Of a DNA stretch of 32,000 bases, positions 1-10,676 are shown one piece after another (the stretch's first letter is position 1; the number at the start of each line of letters is the position of its first letter). Location: contig CAZZCG010000009.1 of assembly GCA_964653145.1 (NCBI GenBank), positions 37,596 to 69,595 of the forward strand, read 5' to 3'. This DNA comes from an uncultured Synechococcus sp. (GTDB taxonomy: Bacteria; Cyanobacteriota; Cyanobacteriia; Thermosynechococcales; Thermosynechococcaceae). The notes under the pieces were generated by a model that was given only the letters and a program-made list of their open reading frames with translations, was not told where the DNA came from and did not search any database. A program made the translations under genes and the position numbers.

Positions 1-1602
1 CGTGTCAGCTCCAGACTCAACATCATAATTGCCAGTCCATTCATGCCAGGTACCATTCGCTGGAAAATGAGGAACTGTATAGCCAGCCAAGAAATTACCG
101 GAAAAGTTAGCAATTACGACGATTCTTGAGCCTTGCTCATTCCAGCGCGTATAGGCAAGAACCTGGGAGTTAGGGTCTTCGTGGAAAAAATCAATACTTT
201 CCGTATAAAGGGCCTGGCTATTTTTTCGCAGATGAATCAGTCCTTTATAGTATTCAAGGAGTTCCCGATTTAAATCATTTCCTAACAGATCCCATTCAAT
301 CTTAGATTGCTCTTGAGTGTTATGTTTATATTCACCAAACTCTTCTCCCATCCATATTAACGGTACACCCACTGCTGTCATCAAAACTGCTGCACCTAAT
401 TTGGCACGCTTAAATGCCTCTTCATTAAAAATATTTCGATTAGCTAGTTCTGCCAAGATATGACTGTGATCATGATTAGTCAGATAATTCACTACATTAG
501 TGGCTCCCATAAAACCCTGACGTTTACAGTCAATTACATCCTTAAGTTGTTCGATATCAAACATATCGCCGAAGATATGCCCGGTAATTACACCGCGAAA
601 ACTATCATGCCAGCAACTATCCATAGGACCATCAAAATTTGTGATAGTGGTGGTTTCCGGAATGTATTCAGCAATGTTGTAAAAGGGCTTATCTCCAGCT
701 ATTTTCTTGGTCTCGTCAACGATCCAATGCATAAAGTCATAATTGGCAATTTGTCGAGCGGCATCATAACGAATTCCATCAACATGATATTCCTCAATCC
801 AAAAGCGGACGACATCACCAATGAATTTCCATGCTGGTTTAACACCTAATTTTTCATCATATAATTCATAATTAAATTCTGGCCCCCAGTTATTATCAGG
901 ATCGCGAGGAGAATGGTGATACCAATAATCGTGGTCAATCTGAGTCAAAGGACTAGAGGATTCCGAGTGGTTATAAATACCGTCCATAATGACGCGTATT
1001 CCGCGACCATGACATTCGTCAATCAGTTTTTTTAGCTCGTCTGTCGGCCCATAATTAGATTCTGTCGCAAAAAAGTAACGCGGGTTATAGCCCCAACTAT
1101 ATTCACCCGGATATTCTTTAATCGGCATCATCTCGATTGCATTAATTCCCAGATCAGTCAGAAAGTCTAGTTTTTCGACAACATGCTTATACTTACCTCG
1201 AACATAGCGGTCAGGTTCACCTCCAGAGAAATCTGAAACATGCAATTCATAAATTACTAACTCGCGATCACTGGGCAAGGGTCTATCATCGTGTTGCCAG
1301 ACATAACTATCAACAATGACTGTCCCATTCTTGACTTGAATAATCCCATTTTGACTGGGACTGTCAATCTCCGTAGCGTAGGGATCAACCACTTCTAGCC
1401 ACTGATCCGGTTCAACAAACCAGCTTTTAGATTGCACTCGAAATTTATACTGATAACTGCCATCTTCCAGATCAACATGGGTGCGGAAATAGCCATCTTC
1501 CCCTTTTGACATTGGAATATCTTCCCAGTTAGAAAATGATCCAATTACAGCAACTCCGTTGATGTAGGGGGCAAATAATTGAAACTGAATTGGGTGTGTC
1601 AT
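1..1602 (-). CDS. Alpha-amylase family (GH13) protein with N-terminal CBM48/isoamylase-N-like domain; C-terminus lies beyond the left edge
   Basis: Open minus-strand frame from ATG at 1602 to the window edge (absent from ORF track because it has no stop in window). My translation contains MTHPIQFQLFAPYINGVAVIGSFSNWEDIPM, GINAIEMMPIKEYPGEYSWGYNPRYFFA, GIRVIMDGIYNH, VDGIRYDAARQI and LTNHDHS, which resemble GH13 conserved regions. Confidence 0.85.
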   Translation of the reverse strand, partial: MTHPIQFQLFAPYINGVAVIGSFSNWEDIPMSKGEDGYFRTHVDLEDGSYQYKFRVQSKSWFVEPDQWLEVVDPYATEIDSPSQNGIIQVKNGTVIVDSYVWQHDDRPLPSDRELVIYELHVSDFSGGEPDRYVRGKYKHVVEKLDFLTDLGINAIEMMPIKEYPGEYSWGYNPRYFFATESNYGPTDELKKLIDECHGRGIRVIMDGIYNHSESSSPLTQIDHDYWYHHSPRDPDNNWGPEFNYELYDEKLGVKPAWKFIGDVVRFWIEEYHVDGIRYDAARQIANYDFMHWIVDETKKIAGDKPFYNIAEYIPETTTITNFDGPMDSCWHDSFRGVITGHIFGDMFDIEQLKDVIDCKRQGFMGATNVVNYLTNHDHSHILAELANRNIFNEEAFKRAKLGAAVLMTAVGVPLIWMGEEFGEYKHNTQEQSKIEWDLLGNDLNRELLEYYKGLIHLRKNSQALYTESIDFFHEDPNSQVLAYTRWNEQGSRIVVIANFSGNFLAGYTVPHFPANGTWHEWTGNYDVESGADT

Positions 1603-2465
1603 AAGGTTCCCTTGACTTAAAAGCCAGTGTTAAATTTTCTTCAACTGTACATAAAACTCTTACAAACTGAGAAACTTCGGTCAAATAAGGGGGTCTGGTT
1701 CTTGCTGCCTCAGAACGGGTTGGGCGGTCTGGAGATCAACCATTGAGCTAGCCTGATTAATCAGGGAAATATTCAATCACCCCATCTGGAATCTTTAGCC
1801 TTTCAATTCTATTGTCTATTGATTTATTGAAATTCGGCGGAAAAATTGTCGAGATTCATGAGTGAAAATATCTTGACTGTTTTAGTTTATGTTGGATTTG
1901 CTTTAGAATTCGATTATAAGTTTGAATTATTAACTAGTACTACATAATTAGTGATGAGTTGTTATGGTGAATGAAATTCCATAGCAATTCAACGTCTTTT
2001 AAGAGGCATTAGAAGAAGGTAAAAATTAGGCTGAACGAACTATGGTAGAACCCGCAAGTTAGGGTACTCAATATATTTTTTGCCGCTTTATTTATTCATT
2101 ACCTGAGCTCGTATTAATGATGAGACCCTCTGACAGCCATTCGAATCATTGGTAAAAAGGTCACTCTTCGAGAAACCGGGTGATAAGAGGCACCAGACTC
2201 CTGCACTCTCACGTCCCCGAGACGCAACATGGATGCTTATCATCTCTCGGGAAAAACATTTGGCGAGCAATATCTATTTTGTTTGATTGAAAATAGATGA
2301 CCACAGTTCATCTTCAGGCAAGCAAAGCCCCTACATACTACAGAATCAGCGACTCACCTTACTGACAATAAATTAATTAACCTTTTGAGTTAATTTGACA
2401 AGATTAAAAATTAAAAACAGGATTAGCTAGGGTATCACGTTAAGTTTAGACCGAAAAGTGAAGTT

Positions 2466-3476
2466 TCAAGCTTCAAATTCAGAACCCCAACGAAAAATAG
2501 CTGAACCCCAGGTTAAACCTGCCCCAAACCCTGCAGTGGCGATGACGTGGCCTGGTTTTATCTTGCCTTGAATCACAGACTCTGCCAAAGCTAAGGGGAT
2601 TGAAGCCGCTGAGGTATTGCCATAGTTGGCTAAGTTACTAATGACTTTTTCCTTGGGAATTCCTAAGCGTTGGGCGACGGAGTCTAAAATCCGTTGATTC
2701 GCCTGATGGAGGACTAGCCAATCAAGATCCGCCGCTGTTAAATTAGCGCGATGGAGGGTTTTGGTGATCACTTCCGGGACTTGGGTCACGGCAAAGCGAT
2801 AGATTTCCTGGCCGTTCATATAAATCGGTTGATATTTCCCTTGGCCAATTTTGGTATGCACCAGAGATTGAGGTTCCGAGTTAAATGCCAAGGTTAAATG
2901 GTGATTGAGTTGACCGTCGCTGCGTAGTTCAAACCCAAGAAGCGCATTTTCTCTATGCGGAGTAGCTTCCATAATCATGGCGCCAGCCCCGTCACCAAAC
3001 AAGATGCAGGTGCGCCGATCTGTCCAATCTACCCAGCGAGAAAGGATATCTGCTCCAATCACCAAGGCCCGGCGATAGGTTCCGGTTTGTAAATATTGAG
3101 CGGCGGTCACCAGGCCAAAAATAAATCCAGAACAGGCTGCTGTTAGATCAAAGGCCACGGCATGGGTCGCCCCAATTTTGGCCTGAATTAAACTGGCACT
3201 CCCAAATAAATCATCGGGAGTTGAGGTGGCCAGGATGACTAAATCTATTGTGGTCGGATCAATCTTGGCCTGGGTGAGGGCATTTTGGGCAGCAGTGGTG
3301 GCCAGTTCCGTTAGGGTGATGTCTGGAGTAGAAATCCGGCGCTGAGAAATTCCAGTGCGGCTTTGAATCCACTCATCCGAAGTGTCAACTAAAGTTGTCA
3401 GGTCTTGATTACTCAGGGAAACAGGGGGCGTGGCGGCTCCAATACCAATAAAATTCACGCCAAAGGGCAACTCCAC
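2466..3476 (-). CDS. fabH: 3-oxoacyl-ACP synthase III (KAS III)
   Basis: 336 aa; active-site region AFDLTAACSGFIFGL, C-terminal VLHQANQRILDSVAQRLG and NYGNTSAASIP typical of FabH. GTG start, overlapping the plsX stop by one base (TAGTG). Confidence 0.95.
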   Translation of the reverse strand: MELPFGVNFIGIGAATPPVSLSNQDLTTLVDTSDEWIQSRTGISQRRISTPDITLTELATTAAQNALTQAKIDPTTIDLVILATSTPDDLFGSASLIQAKIGATHAVAFDLTAACSGFIFGLVTAAQYLQTGTYRRALVIGADILSRWVDWTDRRTCILFGDGAGAMIMEATPHRENALLGFELRSDGQLNHHLTLAFNSEPQSLVHTKIGQGKYQPIYMNGQEIYRFAVTQVPEVITKTLHRANLTAADLDWLVLHQANQRILDSVAQRLGIPKEKVISNLANYGNTSAASIPLALAESVIQGKIKPGHVIATAGFGAGLTWGSAIFRWGSEFEA

Positions 3477-4501
3477 TAATCTCCCTCTCCGACGACACTG
3501 GATGCTTGATAACAGGCCTGGATGCGTTGGGAAACTTGATGTTCAACAGCTTCCTGGGCCAAGCGAATCGCATTAAAAATCGACGGGGCCTGGGCACTGC
3601 CATGACTAATAATGCAAATTCCATCGACACCGAGGAGCAACCCACCGCCGTGTTCCGCGTGATCAATCCGTTGCTTAATGTTGCGGAGGTTGGGCCGTAA
3701 AAGTGCTGTGCCTAGGCGACCCCGCCAGCCTTTGGGCAGTTCTTCCCGGAGAATTTGGACAAGTACCCCACCGAGGGATTCCGCAAATTTGAGCAGGACA
3801 TTACCAACAAAGCCATCACAGACGACGACATCAAACTGCCCAGACATGACATCACGACCTTCGGCATTACCCAAGAAACTAATCCGGGGGTTATCCCGTA
3901 ACAAGCTATGGGCCTGGAGGGCAAGATCATTGCCTTTCGTATCTTCTTCGCCAATATTCAGCAGGCCAACTTTGGGGTCTTCAACACCAAGAACAAATTG
4001 GCTGTAGATCGAACCCATCAGGGCAAATTGCTCTAGGTAACGAGGTTTACAATCTACGTTGGCCCCGACATCTAAAATCAAAACAGATTTACTGGGTAGC
4101 AAAGTCGGAAACATCGCCCCAATGGCCGGTCGGTCAATACCGGGAAGTTTCCCCAAGCGCAAAAGAGCTGCTGCCATCGCCGCCCCGGAGTGTCCCGCCG
4201 AAACTACGGCATCTGCTTCCCCCTTTTTAACTAAGCTCATGGCCACATTAATTGAGGCATTGGGCTTCCGACGCAGGGCAATTAGGGGTTCCTCGTGCAT
4301 TTCCACCACATCGGCGGCGGCCACGATCTTTAAGTTAATTCCGCTTTCATGTTCATCAAGATACCGCTGGATTGGGTCAGGGTCGCCCACCAGGATAATG
4401 TCCGCTGCTAACTCCGCTTGGGCCCGAATCGCACCCGCAACGATCTCATCGGGGGCATAGTCGCCACCCATAGCATCTACCGCAATCCGTGGACGAGTCA
4501 T
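3476..4501 (-). CDS. plsX: Phosphate acyltransferase PlsX
   Basis: 341 aa; N-terminal RIAVDAMGGDYAPDEIV, SAGHSGAAMAAAL, FVGNVLLKFAES; adjacent to fabH as commonly seen. Confidence 0.95.
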   Translation of the reverse strand: MTRPRIAVDAMGGDYAPDEIVAGAIRAQAELAADIILVGDPDPIQRYLDEHESGINLKIVAAADVVEMHEEPLIALRRKPNASINVAMSLVKKGEADAVVSAGHSGAAMAAALLRLGKLPGIDRPAIGAMFPTLLPSKSVLILDVGANVDCKPRYLEQFALMGSIYSQFVLGVEDPKVGLLNIGEEDTKGNDLALQAHSLLRDNPRISFLGNAEGRDVMSGQFDVVVCDGFVGNVLLKFAESLGGVLVQILREELPKGWRGRLGTALLRPNLRNIKQRIDHAEHGGGLLLGVDGICIISHGSAQAPSIFNAIRLAQEAVEHQVSQRIQACYQASSVVGEGD

Positions 4502-4578
4502 TCCTAAACTCTTGTGACAAAATCCTTCAGAATTTTAGCAGATGAACTTCCCCTCCCTTGCACTTTTGGCTGAGATTC

Positions 4579-5883
4579 ATGACAGCATCTCCCGACTTTT
4601 CCGCTGATTTTCCCAGGCCAGGCCAAGGGCCCTTACTCAGGCAAATTGCCCCGGAACACCAAACGGTCTGGCTTGCAGAGCAGGAAACCACCGTAATTGG
4701 GCGGGATCCACAAGCCTGCCAGGTTGTCCTAGATTCCCAGCGCTATGGATCCGTTTCGCGGCACCATGTTTGTTTACGGCCGGGCTCCTCAATCACTCAG
4801 CCCTGGGTTTGGCAAATTGAAGACCTGAACAGCATCAACGGAACATTTTTGAACAATCGCCGGATTTCGGCCCCCCACCCTTTAATTCCAGGTGATCGGT
4901 TTCGGTTGGGCACTGAGGGGCCGGAATTTGAATTTACCTATGTGTCTGCCACTGAAATTCCCGCCACCATTCTGCGTTCCCCCGTCAGTAGTTTGACGCT
5001 TTCCCAGTTGATGCCCCTGCTGGCCGCTGGTCAGGATTTGGCCCGCAAAGCCTATTTGATGCCGGGAATGGTGACGGTGTTGGCGGTGATTTTGTTGTTT
5101 ATGACCACAGCCCAAGGGGAACTGTTCAAGGTAGTGCTGGCGATTTATCTGGGCCTGGCCGGCTATTACTTTGTCTATCAACTCTGTGGTAAACCAAAAC
5201 CAATTTGGGTCTTGGCGGCGGCGATGGGGTTAGAAATTTTGCTGATTCGCTCCCCTATGGCTTTTGGCCTGGCCTGGTTTTTTCGTCAAGTCTTACCCGG
5301 CACCGTGAATCCAGCCCAGATGAATGTGGGGCAGCAATTTGTTGGTTATTTCTTTGGTGCGGGGTTAATGGAGGAGTTACTCAAGGCAATTCCGGTTTTC
5401 CTGGCCTGGGGCCTGGGGCGATTGCTGCGGTCTCCGAGACGGGAACAGGTGGGGGTTTGGGAACCACTGGATGGGATTTTGCTAGGCACGGCGGCGGCCC
5501 TAGGCTTTACTTGGCTCGAAACCCTGGGGCAATATGTTCCCAACTTGGCCAGCCAAACCGGAGACTTAACTGCATTGCAGGTGCTGATTCCCCGGGTCAT
5601 TGGTTCGGTGGCCGGACACATGGCCTATAGTGGCTATTTTGGCTATTGCATTGGCTTGAGTGTGCTGTATCCGAGACATCGCTGGTTTTTGCTGGGTTTA
5701 GGCTGGTTGGTAGCAGCTTTAATCCATGCCCTTTGGAATACTTCAGCCACCAGTTTTGGGCCGCTGGGTTTGGTCGGAGTCGGAATTCTGGCCTATGCCC
5801 TCCTCACCGCCACAATTCTTAAGGCTAGGCAACTCTCACCGAATCGCGCCCTCAACTTTGCAACCCGCTTCTATGAACGTTAA
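4579..5883 (+). CDS. FHA domain-containing protein with C-terminal PrsW-family intramembrane metalloprotease domain
   Basis: ORF 4558..5883; ATG at 4579 more likely than the TTG at 4558. N-terminal FHA pattern VIGRDPQACQVVLDSQRYGSVSRHHVCL...LNSINGTFLNNRRI; multiple TM segments with EELLKAIPVFL and GHMAYSGYFGY as in PrsW proteases. Confidence 0.8.
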   Translation: MTASPDFSADFPRPGQGPLLRQIAPEHQTVWLAEQETTVIGRDPQACQVVLDSQRYGSVSRHHVCLRPGSSITQPWVWQIEDLNSINGTFLNNRRISAPHPLIPGDRFRLGTEGPEFEFTYVSATEIPATILRSPVSSLTLSQLMPLLAAGQDLARKAYLMPGMVTVLAVILLFMTTAQGELFKVVLAIYLGLAGYYFVYQLCGKPKPIWVLAAAMGLEILLIRSPMAFGLAWFFRQVLPGTVNPAQMNVGQQFVGYFFGAGLMEELLKAIPVFLAWGLGRLLRSPRREQVGVWEPLDGILLGTAAALGFTWLETLGQYVPNLASQTGDLTALQVLIPRVIGSVAGHMAYSGYFGYCIGLSVLYPRHRWFLLGLGWLVAALIHALWNTSATSFGPLGLVGVGILAYALLTATILKARQLSPNRALNFATRFYER

Positions 5884-6658
5884 TCCTAACCCCCAGGCCT
5901 GGCGGTACATCCCCCCAATCACAGCCCCAGGCCTCGTCCAGATGGCTATTGATACTTGGCTATGGGAGCAACATCATCTTGGCCAACACCCCTCCTGTTT
6001 GCGGTTCTATCATTGGCAGCCCGCCGCAATTTCCTATGGCTATCATCAAACCGACCTACCGGAACATTGGCACACCTTGGCCTGGGGGGAAACGCACTTA
6101 GATGTGGTTAGACGGCCCACTGGGGGACGGGCTGTTTTGCACCAAGGAGATTTAACCTATGCTCTAGTCACAACCCTACCCAAGCTTTCCCGTCGCCAGG
6201 CCTATGGGCTGTTGTCGCAATTTTTGATTCAGGGCTGTCAACGTTTAGGAATGGAACTGAGACTGGGATCTGATTTTCGCAACTATCAACGTCATGTCAA
6301 CTGTTTTGCCTCCGCAACCCATGCTGATTTGGTTTTAGATGACGGTTACAAACTCATTGGCAGTGCCCAGGCCTGGAAAGGGTCAACGGTTCTCCAACAT
6401 GGTTCAATCCGACTGAATCCCGATCCTAGGCTGTGGCAAGAGGTTTTCCAGGCCCCGCTGACCACCACAACTCTTTCCCTGCCCTCAGAAGCAACATTGA
6501 TGTCTTCCTTGACCGCGGCTTTAACTGATGTCTTCCAGGCCCCCCTCATTGAGAACGCGATGACCGCAAGGGAGTGGCAAGAAATTCAACAACAGTCGAG
6601 AACATCCTGGGATTTGGTCGAGATGGATGCTTTGTATTGTCCTGCCGGGCAAAATTGA
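5873..6658 (+). CDS. Lipoate-protein ligase A / biotin-lipoate A/B ligase family protein
   Basis: ORF 5726..6658; ATG at 5873 (MNVNPNPQAWRYI) avoids long overlap with the upstream gene. VRRPTGGRAVLHQGDLTYALV and KLIGSAQAWKGSTVLQHGSI are characteristic of the LplA-like fold. Confidence 0.85.
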   Translation: MNVNPNPQAWRYIPPITAPGLVQMAIDTWLWEQHHLGQHPSCLRFYHWQPAAISYGYHQTDLPEHWHTLAWGETHLDVVRRPTGGRAVLHQGDLTYALVTTLPKLSRRQAYGLLSQFLIQGCQRLGMELRLGSDFRNYQRHVNCFASATHADLVLDDGYKLIGSAQAWKGSTVLQHGSIRLNPDPRLWQEVFQAPLTTTTLSLPSEATLMSSLTAALTDVFQAPLIENAMTAREWQEIQQQSRTSWDLVEMDALYCPAGQN

Positions 6659-6783
6659 AATACCCAATGACAGAACTCCTCAGGGTTATCAGGTTTTTTA
6701 TTGCCTACCCATGCAAAATGACGATGATGACCCCAGGTTGATTGCTTAAATGCACTGGCGAACAACGGTAAATCTATTTGAGA

Positions 6784-7212
6784 CTACCATCGCCAGTATT
6801 TTTTCCCTTTCCAGAAAACACCAACAACCATCCCGACCAATATATTTTGATTGATGCCCAATAAACTAGAGGGAACATTCGCAAAATCGGAAATTAGGGA
6901 CACAATAATCATCAGGACTAGCAGACATAAAACTAGGCCCCAGAGTGTGCTGGCATAGATGGCTCCAGGGGAAAAAAACGTCTCCAATAGCCAAACTGAT
7001 ACTGCCCCCAGGCCAATACTCAGCAGAATAATCAAGATCAAGCCCCAGGGCGGTGAAAAGATTAGATCAATCCAAGATTGCGACTGAGGCACGTAACTGT
7101 AGGTGGAAATAAAAACTAAGTCAAAAATTTTACCCAGGGTGACAGTCACCACGGCGGTGGAAATGAGGGGTATCCAAGGGAGTGATTTGAAGCTTTGCCA
7201 TGGATCAAACAT
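6784..7212 (-). CDS. Hypothetical multi-pass membrane protein
   Basis: 142 aa ORF just downstream of leuS on the same strand, with three or more hydrophobic segments; no family recognised. Confidence 0.6.
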   Translation of the reverse strand: MFDPWQSFKSLPWIPLISTAVVTVTLGKIFDLVFISTYSYVPQSQSWIDLIFSPPWGLILIILLSIGLGAVSVWLLETFFSPGAIYASTLWGLVLCLLVLMIIVSLISDFANVPSSLLGINQNILVGMVVGVFWKGKKYWRW

Positions 7213-7225
7213 ATTGATGACGCTC

Positions 7226-9799
7226 TTATTTAGCTAGAACAAAGTTAATGAGTTTACCGGGCACAACAATCACCTTTTTCACGGTTTGGTCTGCTAGGTA
7301 GCGCGCCCCAACTTCAGAGTTTTTTGCATAGGCTTCTAGCTCCTCGGCACTGGCCTGGGCGGGAACTTGAATCACCCCGCGAGTTTTACCCATCACCTGA
7401 ATCACTAGGGAAATTTCATCGGCCACTAGGGCAGTTGGATCAACACTGGGCCAGGCCTGGAGATGAATAGATTTTTGATGGTTTTGATTGGGTAACTGCT
7501 GCCACAGGTCTTCAGCAATGTGTGGGGCAAACGGTGACAGCAACAGCAACAGCGTTTCAATTCCCTCTTGATAGATTGGACTGGCAATTAAATCCGCCCC
7601 ATCACCCAGGGCATTACTCAACTTCATTAACTCCGAAATCGCAGTGTTGAACTGATAATCCGTCGCTAAATCCTCGCTAATTTCGTGAATTGCAGTGTGA
7701 ATTGCCCGACGAAGCTTTTTCTCATCAGGACTCAACTCAGAACTGGGGGCTTGAACTTGAGGATTTTTTTCAACATAGCCCGTGACCAACCGCCAAACTC
7801 GATTTAAGAAGCGAAACTGTCCTTCCACATCGGCATCATCCCACTCCAAATCTTTTTCGGGAGGGGCTTTGAACAAAATAAACATCCGGGCTGTATCTGC
7901 ACCATATTTTTCAATCACATCCCCCGGCGCGACACCGTTGTGTTTAGACTTGGACATTTTTTCATAGACCACATCCAAGGCAATCCCCGACTCGGGATCA
8001 ACAGGATTTGCCGGATCTTTGACGAGGCTGGGAATCACATATTTACCCGTTTGTGGGTTTTTGTAGGTTTTCCCCTGCACCATGCCCTGGGTTAGTAACC
8101 GCTGAAAGGGTTCACCAAAGTTGATCAGGCCCCGATCCTTGAGGACTTTTGTAAAAAAGCGGGAGTAAAGTAAATGTAAAATCGCGTGTTCAATGCCACC
8201 AACATACTGATCCACGGGCAACCAATCGTTCACTAATTCGGAACTAAACGGGGCCTGGTCATTTCGGGCATCGGCATAGCGCAGGAAATACCACGAGGAA
8301 TCAATAAACGTATCCATGGTGTCCGTTTCCCGCTTGGCTGGTTGACCGCAGCTAGGACATGGGACATTCACCCAATCCTCCAGTTGTGCCAGTGGAGAAG
8401 CGCCCCGACCAGTGAATTCGACATTTTCTGGTAAGACTACGGGTAAATCTGCTTCCGGTACCGGCACTGCACCACAATCGGGACAATGGATCACCGGAAT
8501 TGGTACACCCCAATAGCGTTGACGCGAAATGAGCCAATCCCGCAAGCGGTACTGAATTCGGGCCTTGCCCCAGCCTTTTGACTCGGCAAACTTAATAATT
8601 TCGTTTTTGGCAACGGCGGACTCAAGACCATCAAACTCCCCAGAATTGATCAGGATTCCTGGGTCGGTGTAGGCCTGATCCAATTTCACCAACTCTGGCC
8701 TGGCAGGGATAATTACTGTTGTGAGGGATAACTGATTCTGTTGGGCAAATTCATAATCCCGTTGATCGTGGGCCGGTACTCCCATCACTGCCCCAGTCCC
8801 GTACTCCACTAAGACATAATCGGCAATCCAGATGGGAATTTCTTCACCGGTAAAGGGGTTGATTGCACTTCCTCCTGTCGCCAGGCCCCGTTTTGGTTTA
8901 TCTTCGGCTGTCCGTTCTAGTTCCGATTCATGGCTAATGGATTCAATAAATTCCGTTACCTTGGCCTGGTTTGCGGGGGTAGTCACGGTCTGCGTCAAGG
9001 GATGTTCAGGAGCTAAAACCACATAGGTGACGCCAAACACTGTATCGGGTCGAGTCGTAAACACCCCAATTTTTTGATCAGAGCCGACAATCGGAAACTC
9101 CAAATACGCCCCCGTCGATTTGCCGATCCAGTTGGCCTGCATCAGTTTCACCCGTTCTGGCCAGCCGGTGAGGGTTTCTAAATCCTGTAACAGAGCCTCG
9201 GCATAGTCCGTAATTTTCAAAAACCATTGCCGCAGGAGTTTCCGCTCCACAATGGCCCCGGATCGCCAGGATCGCCCTTCACTGTCCACCTGTTCATTGG
9301 CCAAAACCGTTTGATCAATGGGATCCCAGTTCACCGCGGCTTCTTTTTGGTACGCTAACCCGGCCTGGAAAAACTGCAGAAACAGCCATTGTGTCCAGCG
9401 ATAATAGTCCGGGCGGCAGGTGGCCACTTCCCGCGACCAATCATAGGACAGCCCCAACCGTTTCAATTGGGTTTGCATCTGGGCAATGTTGGCCTCTGTC
9501 CATTGGGCTGGCGGAATTCCCCGTTCAATGGCGGCATTTTCGGCCGGCAAGCCAAAGGCATCCCACCCCATTGGATGTAGAACCCGATAGCCCTGCATTT
9601 TTTTGACCCGCGCAATCACATCAGTAATCGTGTAATTCCGGACATGGCCCATGTGGAGATTACCTGAGGGGTAGGGAAACATGGAGAGGGCATAAAATTT
9701 CGGCTGACTGGTATCCGTTCCCGTTAAATCTAAGCCAGACTCCTGCCAACAGGCCTGCCATTTGGGTTCAATGTCCTGGGGCTGATACCGATTCTCCAC
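7226..9799 (-). CDS. leuS: Leucyl-tRNA synthetase
   Basis: 857 aa; [22 protein letters not shown] (HIGH-type), [10 protein letters not shown] (KMSKS), editing domain [19 protein letters not shown]. Confidence 0.98.
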   Translation of the reverse strand: MENRYQPQDIEPKWQACWQESGLDLTGTDTSQPKFYALSMFPYPSGNLHMGHVRNYTITDVIARVKKMQGYRVLHPMGWDAFGLPAENAAIERGIPPAQWTEANIAQMQTQLKRLGLSYDWSREVATCRPDYYRWTQWLFLQFFQAGLAYQKEAAVNWDPIDQTVLANEQVDSEGRSWRSGAIVERKLLRQWFLKITDYAEALLQDLETLTGWPERVKLMQANWIGKSTGAYLEFPIVGSDQKIGVFTTRPDTVFGVTYVVLAPEHPLTQTVTTPANQAKVTEFIESISHESELERTAEDKPKRGLATGGSAINPFTGEEIPIWIADYVLVEYGTGAVMGVPAHDQRDYEFAQQNQLSLTTVIIPARPELVKLDQAYTDPGILINSGEFDGLESAVAKNEIIKFAESKGWGKARIQYRLRDWLISRQRYWGVPIPVIHCPDCGAVPVPEADLPVVLPENVEFTGRGASPLAQLEDWVNVPCPSCGQPAKRETDTMDTFIDSSWYFLRYADARNDQAPFSSELVNDWLPVDQYVGGIEHAILHLLYSRFFTKVLKDRGLINFGEPFQRLLTQGMVQGKTYKNPQTGKYVIPSLVKDPANPVDPESGIALDVVYEKMSKSKHNGVAPGDVIEKYGADTARMFILFKAPPEKDLEWDDADVEGQFRFLNRVWRLVTGYVEKNPQVQAPSSELSPDEKKLRRAIHTAIHEISEDLATDYQFNTAISELMKLSNALGDGADLIASPIYQEGIETLLLLLSPFAPHIAEDLWQQLPNQNHQKSIHLQAWPSVDPTALVADEISLVIQVMGKTRGVIQVPAQASAEELEAYAKNSEVGARYLADQTVKKVIVVPGKLINFVLAK

Positions 9800-10051
9800 G
9801 GGTAATTCCTAATTTTGCAGTAAACATGAAAGGTCTAGGTTCTAGGGTACAGGCTCCAGGGAAAAGTTTGGCAGTAGGACAAGGGCGCAGGGCATTGCCA
9901 CTCAACCCTAAACAGGCCCCACTCACCAGGATTTTGTCAGAAACATAATTCCGGCCCTGCCCTCACTAAATTTTCTACGGGCTGAAAGGGTAATTTTGTT
10001 CCCACGATAATAGATATGGCTAGACTAGAAGCAGTTGAATGGCTCTTTCTG

Positions 10052-10159
10052 ATGCCCCAGACCAACATTAACGAAGCAAAAGCCGATCTTTCAACTTTGA
10101 TTGATGCTGCACTGGTGGGAGAAGAAGCCAATACCTTGTTTTATGGTGAGTCTGAGTGA
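10052..10159 (+). pseudogene. Truncated Phd/YefM-like antitoxin remnant (35 aa)
   Basis: Reads MPQTNINEAKADLSTLIDAALVGEEANTLFYGESE*, resembling only the N-terminal part of Phd/VapB-type antitoxins (pattern NIxEAKxxLSxLlxxaxxGEE), then stops; no partner toxin immediately downstream in the same orientation. Confidence 0.5.
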
Positions 10160-10277
10160 GAAATTTGCTTGATACTCATACTTTGCTCTGATGGATAGAT
10201 TAAGTTACCCGTTTATCATCAAATACTCTGAAGGTTATTGGGGACTATGATGGCCTAGTTTCAATCTTGCATCAGAT

Positions 10278-10676
10278 TTACCAACGCTCTAACTGTAAAC
10301 CCTCAATATAGCTAAAGTCAGAATCATCAGAAACTAATATCCAATTCTGGCTAATACATTGAGCAGCGATCCAAATATCATTTGTTGGAATAGGTCTGTC
10401 TTTTCTTTTTAGGTGCAATCTAACTTGGGCATAAACTAATCCACCCTCATTTGTAAGTGGTTTGACTGTGCAAGAAAAAATCAATGCTCCAAAAGCTGAA
10501 TAATTTTGTGAAGAGCGAGAGGAATTAAGCGCATCATCAAGTAGTTCACCAATAACCACTACAGGCAAGAAAACTTCGGGTAAATTTATAATTCTTTCCC
10601 TAAGAGAGGAGTCACCATTGAGATAACGAATCGCAACTGAAGTATCTAGGGCAATATCACCACTCATTGGCATCAA
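10278..10676 (-). CDS. PIN-domain (VapC-like) toxin
   Basis: 132 aa; IALDTSVAIRYLNGD (first catalytic Asp), IGELLDDAL, NDIWIAAQCISQNWILVSDDSDF as in VapC PIN domains; overlaps the upstream small ORF. Confidence 0.85.
   Translation of the reverse strand: MMPMSGDIALDTSVAIRYLNGDSSLRERIINLPEVFLPVVVIGELLDDALNSSRSSQNYSAFGALIFSCTVKPLTNEGGLVYAQVRLHLKRKDRPIPTNDIWIAAQCISQNWILVSDDSDFSYIEGLQLERW

Noticed and set aside
460-849. Plus-strand ORF of 129 aa
   Set aside because: Lies antisense to a clear alpha-amylase family coding frame; composition looks like a shadow ORF.
3506-4460. ORFs 3506..3700 (+), 3678..4007 (+), 3712..3954 (-) and 4059..4460 (+)
   Set aside because: All overlap plsX in alternative frames; no recognisable protein features.
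4882-5630. ORFs 4882..5181 (-), 5205..5630 (+), 5346..5621 (-)
   Set aside because: Shadow frames of the FHA/PrsW gene.
7782-9606. Small ORFs on both strands inside leuS
   Set aside because: Explained by overlap with leuS; low complexity and Pro/Arg-rich.
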